Shown: positions 50,701-57,351 of the stretch, piece by piece
Layout: the number at the start of each line of letters is the position of its first letter
Numbering within the stretch: the stretch's first letter is position 1
Assembly (NCBI GenBank): GCA_951804945.1
Contig: OX638151.1
Coordinates: 81,716,001 to 81,780,000, forward strand
DNA length: 64,000 bases
Source of the DNA: Podarcis cretensis
Taxonomy: Eukaryota
Direction of reading: 5' to 3'
The notes under the pieces: model-generated
What the model was told of the DNA's origin: nothing
Databases searched by the model: none
The model's input: only the letters and a program-made list of their open reading frames with translations
Translations under genes and position numbers: made by a program

Positions 50701-53700
50701 TTCATTATCTACCAGTTCATGTAAAATACTTTCTCTGAAATGGATATCCCGCCAAGTTGTTTTTTCCTCCCGCAGCAACTGTGTTACTGTTAATATTGTG
50801 CCTTTTTTCTTGTTAACTACCAGAGGTGATTATCGAACAGGAAAAAGGCTGAACATGCGCAAAGTAATTCCATATGTTGCAAGCCAGTTCCGAAAAGATA
50901 AAATTTGGTTACGGAGGACCAAGCCCAGCAAAAGGCAGTATCAGATCTGCTTGGCCCTTGATGACTCTGCCAGTATGGTAGACAACCATTCTAAGCAGGT
51001 AAAACAGAAATTGTGAAGAAGCCAACTTAAAAGTCTTATATGAATGAATTCAGCATTCATCTTTCACGCATCAGACTTGCAGTTAACTATACAGGAGGCA
51101 TTTCCCCACCTCATTGCTGTTCTTCTTCCTTCTCTTTCGTCAGCATGGCTGCTACTGTTTGCTTCCCTCTGTCTGCCACCATGGGGTTTACTTAACACCA
51201 GATGCTCATTCAACAAGCTCAGGGATAGCGACAGGGATATAGGGGGGTAATCATATGGCTGTGATGGATGAGCATGCATTTCTTTCCCTGCAGCAGGGGG
51301 TTTAGCAATGGGGAAAGTTTCACCTAGGGGGGAAAGTTACAAGCAAGTGCAGATTGCATTGCAGGGGTATATCATTCCATTTTCTAATTCCTTTGCTTCT
51401 CTGATAGTATTACATATCACAGTGCATTTTCGGTCCATGACAAATGCATGAAGGAGTTTTAGAATTTTGCAGTTCGTTAACTTCTGTGGTGAATTCTATG
51501 TACTTCACGTAGATATACAACAGACTCAAACTTTTATTTGTTTTCTATAGCTTGCTTATGAATCCCTGGCAGTGATTGGAAATGCTTTGTCTCTCTTAGA
51601 AGTGGGACAAATTGCTGTGTGCAGGTAAGGCTATTTTAAAGCCAGAGTTGTCGTCATAGAAATCTTTTTACTCCTGCTCACTGCACTGTTTTAAAACGTT
51701 TCATTTTATTTCAGTTTTGGAGAGGATGTTCAGCTGCTACACCCATTCCACGAACAATTCAATGACCAGTCAGGAACGAGAATACTCCAGCTGTGCAGAT
51801 TTGAACAAAAGAAAACTAAAATAGCTCAGGTATCTCTCATCTTGGATGAGTGGGGCTGCCTTTTTTCATTAAAAGTTCCTAATGTTGTATTTAAATAACT
51901 ATTGTGCCAGGCTAAGGGTGTTCTTAGGTTAGTTCTTTTACTTTCCTGTCCAGTTTGTCCTTAGAATGTTACAAGAAGAAAATGGTCTTGTCTCTGCACT
52001 AGCCTGGTATATTGCTTGTAACAAAAAAGAATGGTGCAGTCTTGTGTTTACTGCAGCCTCTTCAAAACAGCCAAGGAAATAATGTGGCTGCCGTAATAAT
52101 TTTAAGTCTATTTTGAGTTCACAACCTTAGGCTGCAGTTCTCAACTTGCATTCCCATTCATTTCTGTAGAACAATTGTCTTAGAAAAGAAATTGTTAGCT
52201 CACAGCTGATGCACATATATTCTCTCGCTTATCTAGTTCCTAGAATCCTCAACAAATATGTTTGCTGCAGCACAGCAGTTCTCTCAAAGCATTAATCCAG
52301 GTGAGTTCCCCCCTCCTTTTTTGTATACAAACAAGTTAGGCATGGTAGTCGAAATAGTTCTTCATTGGATTTATCAGGAGCATGGCTGTCTTCGCAGAAT
52401 GCTGAATACACAAATGGCAATTGTTAGTAAATAAGGCTGAAATCCTAGCCCAACGTATGTGGGGAGTAAACTCCATTATTGGGTAGGACTTGCTTGTGAC
52501 AATACATGACTGGGCTAGCTTTGTGAGCTCTTCTCAGATTAATATTTTAATTATTGTTTCTTCTTTGTTGGTACTACTACTGGACAGTGGGGATGTTTCT
52601 TCCTGCTGCTTTTAAAACATTCATAAGCATTTATTGTCTTACTTTAAATTTCGTGTCTCAATTTTGGGAAGCAAAGCTTTCACATCCCATTCAGGGATGT
52701 ATTTTGTACTATTTTTATACATAAAACTATGTTCTTGGGGCTGGCTTTCATGTCCGCTTGTATGTTAAAGTAATAGAAAATGTTAGTAAGACTGAATATG
52801 TACCCTTTTTCTAGTTTTGTTTGCTAACACTGAAAACATGCCTTTCTCAATAGAAACTGCTCAGCTACTCTTAATAGTGTCAGATGGAAGAGGTCTTTTT
52901 CTCGAAGGCAAAGAACGTGTCACGGCAGCTGTTCAGTCTGTTCAGAATGCAAATATCTTCATCATTTTTGTAGTGTTGGACAACCCTAATTCACGGGTGA
53001 GTAAATGAACCATCAGATAATTGTACCACTTTTAACTGGGTGGAAAAATCACCTTGATTGGGTTTAAAATAGGTCCAAGGCATCCTGTATATGAAAAACT
53101 TTATTAAACTGGTCAAGCTTCCTGCCAACCATAGATTTGGGAGCTGAGGTTTCATACTATTAGGAAAAATCTACTTTCATCTGCACTTATTTCTGGTTCT
53201 TGCCTTCAACATTCGTTTTGCTAATAAGAAAATTTGCCTAATGTTTACAAACTTCCAGAGTTAATTGCTGACTACCTTTCCTGCAAAATAGTTTTTTTGA
53301 TATTTAAATCCAGCTTCTTCTGCCTCTCACCTTGGTGAGGAAAGCGACAAGTCCCTTTCCATTGGAGGTCCAGCTCAGGTTATTCTCAGCCTGACTTTGC
53401 AGGTTCTAGATCAAGGAACAAAGTTCTGCAAGCATCTTTGTCTTGACATTCCCTGCCACAATACTGGCATTTAGTATTCCTACTGTGCTAAGTTTATTTC
53501 CAATCACAGGCAGCAATTTGTGCATGGAGACTATGCTATAAAAAAACCACATGGAGTAGTAAAAAAAGCTATAAGTAGTATATGGTGACAGCCCTGAAAT
53601 CAGCACTAATATTCTCTCCCTTGGTGACCTCCTGCTTTAGTCTTCAGTAACTATTGTTAGGATTGTCTGCAAAGGCTACGATCCACTCATTTGAAAACAT

Positions 53701-54016
53701 AATCAATTGACTCCTTCAGGAGATTGGTGAGAGATGAGGTCTGAGGGAGGTAACTTTTTTCATTGATCCCAGCTGCATAATGCTACTTGTGTAGTCCTGT
53801 ATCTGATATTGTCATTTTAATTCACAGGATTCCATCTTGGACATTAAAGTACCTGTGTTCAAAGGCCCAGGGGAATTGCCAGAAATCAGGTCATACATGG
53901 AGGAATTTCCCTTTCCTTTCTACATCATTCTGAGAGATGTGAATACCCTCCCAGAGACCCTCAGTGACGCACTGAGGCAGTGGTTTGAACTGGTGACTGG
54001 TTCAGACAACGTGTAG
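473..54016 (+). CDS. MDN1: Midasin AAA ATPase 1, 3' part (62 coding exons in window; 5' part upstream of window)
   Basis: 62 GT-AG exons splice in consistent phase to 3561 aa with no internal stop; Walker A GPAAAGKT, GTFEWVDG/WLLMDNVN, SRAMRNR, acidic tail, MIDAS DDSAS and VSDGRG motifs. Confidence 0.97.
672..932 (+). CDS. MDN1: MDN1 exon w2 (AAA6 Walker A)
   Basis: VGFSILSR..GPAAAGKTS..GGFEQ|gtaagt. Confidence 0.93.
1150..1420 (+). CDS. MDN1: MDN1 exon w3
   Basis: VDIIRPWKSLL..SYSKP|gtatgc. Confidence 0.92.
2113..2366 (+). mobile_element. tRNA-derived SINE, Squam3/MIR(Ther1)-like
   Basis: A box tggtgtagtgg, B-box-like ggttctcgtctcc, CORE-like gtgaccttgggccagtcac, (TCT)n tail. Confidence 0.85.
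2461..2620 (+). CDS. MDN1: MDN1 exon w4 (AAA6 Walker B region)
   Basis: FSRLVEEF..GTFEWVDG..WLLMDNVNFC|gtaagc. Confidence 0.93.
3271..3387 (+). CDS. MDN1: MDN1 exon w5
   Basis: PSVLDRLNALLEPGG..HPNF. Confidence 0.93.
3858..3999 (+). mobile_element. tRNA-derived SINE with CR1-type tail (Squam2-like), 5' clipped
   Basis: tRNA-like head (ggttagag..aaggttgcaggcttgatcc) plus ggtcccttccaactctacaattctttgattct tail. Confidence 0.75.
4426..4628 (+). CDS. MDN1: MDN1 exon w6
   Basis: LFLSMDPSHGEISRAMRNRGIEI. Confidence 0.9.
4876..5021 (+). CDS. MDN1: MDN1 exon w7
   Basis: SSYTLSALINAA..DNQK|gtaagt. Confidence 0.9.
5280..5482 (+). CDS. MDN1: MDN1 exon w8
   Basis: HMLDLIMKH..LWPDS..|gtgagc. Confidence 0.88.
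6437..6657 (+). CDS. MDN1: MDN1 exon w9
   Basis: MLPLTIHDF..ATNQDWTLRVGWL. Confidence 0.9.
7469..7582 (+). CDS. MDN1: MDN1 exon w10
   Basis: SVYTQLEAGA..QPNMT|gtaaga. Confidence 0.88.
7946..8160. mobile_element. Tc1/mariner (Tigger-like) MITE
   Basis: TA-cagtggtacctcagg...cctgagttaccactg-TA; internal taacctgaa repeats. Confidence 0.85.
8209..8338 (+). CDS. MDN1: MDN1 exon w11
   Basis: EHVIPMDPRWNMQ..|gtgagt. Confidence 0.9.
8366..8500. mobile_element. Short palindromic hAT-like MITE (degenerate)
   Basis: Same family motifs as 40170 and 50036; further remnants near 16495, 41190 and 59640. Confidence 0.55.
8638..8661. repeat. (CAAT)n microsatellite
   Basis: Direct reading. Confidence 0.85.
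8903..9012 (+). CDS. MDN1: MDN1 exon w12
   Basis: AILFLDREKK..EFHK. Confidence 0.9.
9157..9290 (+). CDS. MDN1: MDN1 exon w13
   Basis: PGSHSSLPHAIVVNL..MYE|gtaagt. Confidence 0.87.
10140..10300 (+). CDS. MDN1: MDN1 exon w14
   Basis: ILHCLLWRDRFW..LHWHWV. Confidence 0.9.
10751..10871 (+). CDS. MDN1: MDN1 exon w15
   Basis: LPKDIQSASQQ..GRPLPFK. Confidence 0.88.
11205..11333 (+). mobile_element. Degenerate SINE with CR1-type tail
   Basis: ..actgccattcagtg..agatggaccaatcagctgact..tgttccta; heavily deleted. Confidence 0.4.
11791..12001 (+). CDS. MDN1: MDN1 exon w16
   Basis: DVGVVDASVQ..LVLRANN. Confidence 0.88.
12272..12494 (+). CDS. MDN1: MDN1 exon w17
   Basis: ELWALVNLQQ..VQLWPAMEYL. Confidence 0.9.
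12911..13037 (+). CDS. MDN1: MDN1 exon w18
   Basis: NGSSQQSSL..DSQK|gtaaga. Confidence 0.88.
13262..13610 (+). mobile_element. Sauria SINE (Squam1), full length
   Basis: Characteristic head gggacg..gtggcgctgtgggttaaacc and acctt tail; 15-bp TSD ttattattatca(t/c)ca at 13247 and 13611. Confidence 0.93.
13814..13981 (+). CDS. MDN1: MDN1 exon w19
   Basis: VSAEEISLMWSEL..TTNPERWLTW. Confidence 0.9.
15356..15570 (+). CDS. MDN1: MDN1 exon w20
   Basis: GVGILSRAVF..VTLGE..LWTN. Confidence 0.9.
15812..16199 (+). CDS. MDN1: MDN1 exon w21
   Basis: FTDSRFQG..DPAVKREYKLKY. Confidence 0.92.
16978..17087 (+). CDS. MDN1: MDN1 exon w22
   Basis: LHHLECEWK..HSHPHI. Confidence 0.9.
17582..18281 (+). CDS. MDN1: MDN1 exon w23 (700 nt)
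   Basis: MLCQRIQKL..FRHLCQ|gtatgg. Confidence 0.94.
19102..19263 (+). CDS. MDN1: MDN1 exon w24
   Basis: VIINEWDEQE..SLYRYR..FPLHEK. Confidence 0.93.
20205..20478 (+). CDS. MDN1: MDN1 exon w25
   Basis: DFEDITAE..HFYPLI. Confidence 0.92.
20796..21022. mobile_element. Tigger-like MITE
   Basis: TA-cagttgtaccttgg...ccgaggtacgactg-TA. Confidence 0.85.
21484..21604. repeat. Perfect tandem duplication, period 61 bp
   Basis: 21484-21543 identical to 21545-21604. Confidence 0.95.
21894..22129 (+). CDS. MDN1: MDN1 exon w26
   Basis: SEMNDNL..YDFYHHPN..WPDHPALVQ. Confidence 0.92.
22452..22547 (+). CDS. MDN1: MDN1 exon w27
   Basis: LLVVLDRIRSFPLSSPLSKFLNGLE. Confidence 0.93.
22807..22901 (+). CDS. 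MDN1: MDN1 exon w28
   Basis: DWEENASRA..WRKLEL. Confidence 0.93.
23477..23601 (+). CDS. MDN1: MDN1 exon w29
   Basis: CWSVSLDN..KHWFSVYQ. Confidence 0.92.
24588..24725 (+). CDS. MDN1: MDN1 exon w30
   Basis: VNLKALLGTLQAFIEGSTLGEF. Confidence 0.87.
25534..25643 (+). CDS. MDN1: MDN1 exon w31
   Basis: MLCNVLWNLYNYYKQF..EKELK. Confidence 0.93.
25832..25905 (+). CDS. MDN1: MDN1 exon w32
   Basis: EFVKISKWNDVSFWAIKQSVEKTH. Confidence 0.93.
26463..26658 (+). CDS. MDN1: MDN1 exon w33
   Basis: TLFKFMKKFE..SHSAQ. Confidence 0.9.
26876..27493. repeat. Imperfect inverted repeat pair (26876-26942 / 27428-27493)
   Basis: Manual alignment 53/67 identical, including a perfect ctagacaggaaaa / ttttcctgtctag core. 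Confidence 0.85.
27759..27915 (+). CDS. MDN1: MDN1 exon w34
   Basis: AAHLEDI..RLPKLTKRM..LDNFT. Confidence 0.9.
28049..28195 (+). CDS. MDN1: MDN1 exon w35
   Basis: DIISSSHEL..QKQRALTELFK. Confidence 0.92.
28865..28991 (+). CDS. MDN1: MDN1 exon w36
   Basis: LSYRKGLAWSR. Confidence 0.92.
29848..29953 (+). CDS. MDN1: MDN1 exon w37
   Basis: LLSEISSSWDGCQKYFY. Confidence 0.92.
30285..30517. mobile_element. Tigger-like MITE
   Basis: TA-cagtgataccttggttttcgaa...aaacgaggtaccactg-TA. Confidence 0.85.
31334..31449 (+). CDS. MDN1: MDN1 exon w38
   Basis: EIGLGTVERCKGFTAHL. Confidence 0.92.
31755..32210 (+). CDS. MDN1: MDN1 exon w39
   Basis: NLLSCVQE..AFPPQD..ETLFHS. Confidence 0.93.
32787..32864. 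repeat. Compound (ATT)n(ATC)n microsatellite
   Basis: Direct reading; source of the poly-Ile pseudo-ORF. Confidence 0.95.
32865..32965 (-). mobile_element. L2-type 3' tail remnant attached to the ATT/ATC microsatellite
   Basis: aatttatatgccc..cagggtggttcaca..A-rich; a related remnant lies at ~30690-30890. Confidence 0.5.
33036..33897 (-). mobile_element. L2 LINE 3' fragment (end of ORF2 plus 3'UTR)
   Basis: Minus-strand VHALVISRLDYCN..LHWLPV..LWNALP; 3' hairpin and (TAT)n tail. Confidence 0.92.
34290..34519 (+). CDS. MDN1: MDN1 exon w40
   Basis: KSFEVCSSG..WKTQLF. Confidence 0.9.
35543..35683 (+). CDS. MDN1: MDN1 exon w41
   Basis: NQKSDDGF..AILGAIQ..|gtgagt. Confidence 0.88.
35742..35776. 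repeat. (TG)n microsatellite
   Basis: Direct reading. Confidence 0.95.
36067..36265. mobile_element. hAT-like element remnant
   Basis: caggagtggggaacct terminal motif; partner terminus not found. Confidence 0.4.
36405..36577 (+). CDS. MDN1: MDN1 exon w42
   Basis: EESLVDRLKAGHLTKLL. Confidence 0.88.
36747..36908 (+). CDS. MDN1: MDN1 exon w43
   Basis: LFNQSCHLL..THRSTGKLL..FTELARK. Confidence 0.93.
37212..37349 (+). CDS. MDN1: MDN1 exon w44
   Basis: GFCLPKEL..GGGIGEGEGKKDVS. Confidence 0.94.
38063..38204 (+). CDS. MDN1: MDN1 exon w45 (D/E-rich)
   Basis: VEDTYQKG..NAIEMSDDFEG. Confidence 0.92.
38657..38884. mobile_element. Tigger-like MITE (older)
   Basis: TA-cagtaagccctcaactta...taagttgcaagcttactg-TA. 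Confidence 0.7.
39110..39282 (+). CDS. MDN1: MDN1 exon w46 (D/E-rich)
   Basis: EDDKSDEELDKQMG..LDERLWG. Confidence 0.92.
39402..39720 (+). mobile_element. L2 LINE 3' fragment
   Basis: Same family as 33036-33897; ends gggcggggtataaataataaattattattat. Confidence 0.9.
40170..40297. mobile_element. Short palindromic hAT-like MITE
   Basis: gcccttcagatgt..aactcccatca..tgatggaagtt..acatctggagggc. Confidence 0.65.
40668..40808 (+). CDS. MDN1: MDN1 exon w47 (D/E-rich)
   Basis: GDSELVAKDD..HEQIDE. Confidence 0.92.
41298..41680 (+). mobile_element. L2 LINE 3' fragment
   Basis: GLGPVYLKE..FRRHLKATLFREVF; same tail. Confidence 0.9.
41705..41880 (+). mobile_element. L2 3'UTR of a second subfamily
   Basis: tgttagccactctgagccc..gggcggggtataaataaatattatt tail. 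Confidence 0.6.
42057..42195 (+). CDS. MDN1: MDN1 exon w48 (D/E-rich)
   Basis: REYDENEVDPY..ALDLPQDLNL. Confidence 0.92.
43199..43494 (+). CDS. MDN1: MDN1 exon w49 (D/E-rich)
   Basis: ENPFEIEE..DQGLNPQ. Confidence 0.9.
43770..43931 (+). CDS. MDN1: MDN1 exon w50
   Basis: EEEAIDNPD..AVELAG..QAKE. Confidence 0.9.
44913..45014 (+). CDS. MDN1: MDN1 exon w51
   Basis: EHGTGAADADQSEGHES. Confidence 0.9.
45451..45652 (+). CDS. MDN1: MDN1 exon w52
   Basis: SFKRKPGQ..AFEHIKQG..YDAQTY. Confidence 0.92.
46927..47100 (+). CDS. MDN1: MDN1 exon w53
   Basis: VASEEQQK..AAKS|gtaaat. Confidence 0.88.
47562..47716 (+). CDS. MDN1: MDN1 exon w54
   Basis: PEEVELDG..STIHTAHQFL. Confidence 0.88.
48550..48892 (+). 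mobile_element. Sauria SINE (Squam1), full length
   Basis: Closely similar to 13262-13610; flanked on both sides by atgtatgtatgt. Confidence 0.93.
48976..49056 (+). CDS. MDN1: MDN1 exon w55
   Basis: CIVKDPEELRRELEKQLEIWQ. Confidence 0.87.
49502..49617 (+). CDS. MDN1: MDN1 exon w56
   Basis: EKAAAEMWQRY..LCEQLRLILEPTQAAKL. Confidence 0.94.
49873..49995 (-). mobile_element. Penelope-like terminal fragment, older family, decayed hammerhead
   Basis: Same layout as 58998-59135 (tagcc..gtctgttgc..aagcttt..gtggac aaaa gtccac ttcatcag). Confidence 0.65.
50036..50160. mobile_element. Short palindromic hAT-like MITE
   Basis: agggatgg..ttggactacaactccca..tgggagttgtagtccaa..ccatccct. Confidence 0.75.
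50824..50998 (+). CDS. MDN1: MDN1 exon w57 (MIDAS DxSxS)
   Basis: GDYRTGKRLNMRKVIPY..LALDDSASM. Confidence 0.95.
51551..51624 (+). CDS. MDN1: MDN1 exon w58
   Basis: LAYESLAVIGNALSLLEVGQIAVC. Confidence 0.94.
51715..51829 (+). CDS. MDN1: MDN1 exon w59
   Basis: FGEDVQLLHPFHEQF..KKTKIAQ. Confidence 0.94.
52237..52300 (+). CDS. MDN1: MDN1 exon w60
   Basis: FLESSTNMFAAAQQ. Confidence 0.9.
52854..52996 (+). CDS. MDN1: MDN1 exon w61
   Basis: TAQLLLIVSDGRGLFLEG. Confidence 0.94.
53828..54016 (+). CDS. MDN1: MDN1 last coding exon
   Basis: DSILDIKVPVF..LPETLSDALRQWFELVTGSDNV-TAG. Confidence 0.95.
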   Translation, partial: DSILDIKVPVFKGPGELPEIRSYMEEFPFPFYIILRDVNTLPETLSDALRQWFELVTGSDNV

Positions 54017-54715
54017 AATTTGGCATGTCATGGGAACATATAGTTGGCAGTTAATGGCAAAGGTCGTCAGCAAATTTGAGTTGCTGTTCAGACGGGCCAG
54101 AAATTACACACTAACATAACATGCATTTTCCCCCTTAACAGTGCAGGAGACTATGCAAACCGTGATGAACTAAAAGACTGTTCACTTTCTTGCCTATATC
54201 TGAAAACAGTGGAAAACCATCTCCTGTATTTTTTACTCTTTGTATAATTTATTCTTATTTCTGTATCACTAAGAAATAAGTGGCTCCCAAGACTATTTTC
54301 TATAGTAGTAAGAAACTAGTTTCCTTCTGAGAGGAAGTTGCAACTAGAATGATTAACCATAATTAAAGAATACTTGTCTGTTTTGGGTCACATGTGAGTG
54401 GGACCCTGTGTTTGGAGGAAGGGTTGAATTTTACACAACCAAAAAACCCCACAACAACCACAAATCCTACTTGAATACTTGAAACTGTCGCTGAACAGTT
54501 GCTGGTTTTATGATAATGCTGGAAGAGTAGTTTTTTTAGAGAAAGACTCCGTGTTATCATTTTACACTGTGAACTTTGCCCTCTGTTCAAGGGAAATAGT
54601 GATAAACACATTTTAGTATCCTGAAAGCATGCCCAAGGCTCTTTCTGTCGTCTCCTATTCCCTGCCCCCCCCCAACTTTTTTCATTGCAAAAGCTATGCA
54701 TCAGTCGTGATTACT

Positions 54716-54721
54716 AATAAA
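54716..54721 (+). terminator. MDN1 polyadenylation signal
   Basis: AATAAA ~700 nt after the stop, followed by GT/T-rich sequence (ttgtggtgtc); weaker ATTAAA at 54362. Confidence 0.7.
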
Positions 54722-57306
54722 CAATGTTTTGCTGTTTGTAATTGTGGTGTCCATTATTTGTTGGAATATTAAGATTCTATATTAAGAATCTTGGGAACTT
54801 AATAGAATTGGTCTTGAGTGGGCCTGACCTTCCTGCGCTGCTGTGACCTCAGGTCTGCTTCCTCCCCACCACTTCCAGGAAAAGCACTCATCACATGATG
54901 TGTGCTTTGCTTGCACAGCCCATAAAAGAAACATGTTCACCATCAGATGCAGATTTCTCCATCTTCTTTCCAGAATGGACAAAGATGGGTCCATTGATCG
55001 ATCACAAGGCCTCTTGGAATTTGCCCTTCTCTCTCTCTACAGAAGATAAAGAAGGAATTCAGTACCAGGGAAACAATAATAGAAGACCTAAAAAGAAAAA
55101 AGCCAACCATTGTTGATATGCATTTGTCAAAGAGCTCCATGCATTTGTCTCCAGCTCCAGGGAAACGAAGCTGGACAAGAGCTTGGGCTGATGACGTTAT
55201 CCTAAAAGACGCACTTAAGGCCTTCTTGGAGAAAATAATTTTGAAAGCTACATGGATGACCCGGAGCCCTTTGTTTTGCTCTGTTCAGAGGGAAAATCCA
55301 AGCCTGATTTCTATGTTTTGACAGTTAATTTTGTCACCATAGTTTTCTCTGTAAACAACTGTCACATTGAGGGGTGACTTAAGTTAGCCCCTTTGGATAA
55401 CCACACAGAATATTTAATGTTTAAGGACGAGTCTTCGGGCACATTCACTTAGAATTTAAGCATTACAGAGAGAAAATACATGAGATTAATAGCATAAGAA
55501 GCTTGATAAAATGCTGGCATTGCAAGCCAAATATTGATTGTTGATGCAGAACTGAGAAACCCTAATTAGATAATAGAATCAGCAGTGCTAAAATTGGGCA
55601 GCAAGCGAAAGCTCATAGGAAATGTCCAAAGTGAAAGGAGTGAAAGATGCTCAAATGATGTGATATCTATGCCCAATTTTTCCTTTGGATTAGTCCCTCC
55701 CCCTCAACCTTCCTCGATTTATCAAAGAAAAACAAAGTTGTAGGAAAGGAGTTGATAAATCATGCCCCAAATTCATACTTAGCAACTTCTGCATTAATTT
55801 TGATTAAACAATTTACTATCAGCAAATACAAATAACTGCTATTTTTTAAAAAAAGTTTTGAATAGAAGTTACATAGCACTATTATCAAAACCTAAATGAT
55901 GCAAAAATGTGTATCAGTGTTGAAAATAGAATCTGCTGTGAATACCGCTTGGTAAATTAATCTATAAAGGCAGATTAATTCAGGCCAATTAGTCTTTTTC
56001 AACAGGAGATATAAGCATATTGTTACAAGATAGGGGACGGGGAAGAGTGATGTACCATTCTGATATGCAGGTTTGGGCTTTCTCCAAAGGATGTTACAAA
56101 AATAGGAAGATGCCTTTTATTCCTACTTTAACAAGTTCAGTTGTGTTGCAATAGGGTAAAGAAAATCTCTGTACTGTTAAAGCTGTTTAACTTCTGATGG
56201 AAGCAGTCTTTCACTGATTAAAAAGGGCCACTAGTGATGTCACCAGAGTTAGAACTTCAAGCTTGCTCTCAGGCACAGGCCTATGTCACCTTAACTGCAA
56301 TACTTAGCCTTGGACCTTATGCACTTACATGTGTACCTCTGAGCCTGTAGAAAGTACTTTTTTGTTGTGTTGTAATATACTGATATACTGTACAGTTAGT
56401 TGCATGAGGGTTAACCTGAGCTCACGTTGGGGCTTAGCAGGCTCCCAGTAGCTTCTGCCCCCCCCCCTTCCTTTTTCTCTCTGTGTTTCTGTGTTCTCTT
56501 CCTGGAGCAAGAGGAGGAGTCGTCATGTGGCTTTGGCTCCCAGCTCAGCTGATCCTGCAGGTGAACCGAATCTCTCCAAAAGGCAGATTTGAAAAGCCTG
56601 CACCTGTGCTATACATACACGATGCTTATTTGTAAGGAAACACAGTTCTTTCCTTTCTTGGGTCGTTTGTTTCACTGCCAGCTGACGGAGGGCTTGTTTC
56701 GTTGCAGCTTCTGGAAACTGTGAGTAAATATTCCACTTATAGGCAAAGTGATTTGCAAATAAATCACTTATTTGAGTATTTTCGTGGGGAACGTTTGTTG
56801 AAAGGTGGATGACGGCAGATGTAAATCTAACCAGGTTAAAAAAGGTGCTTGGAGCAATTGCCGTTGTGCTTCACGCTGCCATGAAAGAGTAAAACTCTTT
56901 CAAAGCCCTCTCTCCGGCCCTTTACGTGGGCTCCGCTTAGCTCTGGCCGGAAGGGCTGCTTCGTCGGCGAGACTGCAGGAGTCCGTTCCGGGCTTCTGTT
57001 TTCAGAGGAGGAGCCGCTCTCGGCCCGCCCTGCGCCGTCCTTTCCAAATATCTGCAAAGTGCGCGCGCTTCTCCCTTGCAACCCTGCGCGAAGGGCGGCC
57101 TGCTGAGCCGCTCGCCCCGCAGAAGCAGAGTTTTTCTTTCCCTCCTCGAGGAGCTGCCCGGCGCCGCAGCCTCGTTCTTCCCAAGAGCCTGGAGAGAGAC
57201 GCCGGGCGGGGAAGGGGGAGCCTCCGCTTCCCTTTCCTCTGACGCGCCTCGGCAGAGCGCAGAGAAGGAACCACCCCGAAGCGAAGCGCGCGCGCGCGCC
57301 TCAGTC

Positions 57307-57351
57307 ATGGCGTCGTCCCGGCTGCCCCCGACGGCGCTCACTCTGAAGCAG
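57307..57351 (+). CDS. LYRM2: LYRM2 exon 1 (coding part)
   Basis: gtcATGG Kozak context; MASSRLPPTALTLKQ|gtagag. Confidence 0.93.
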
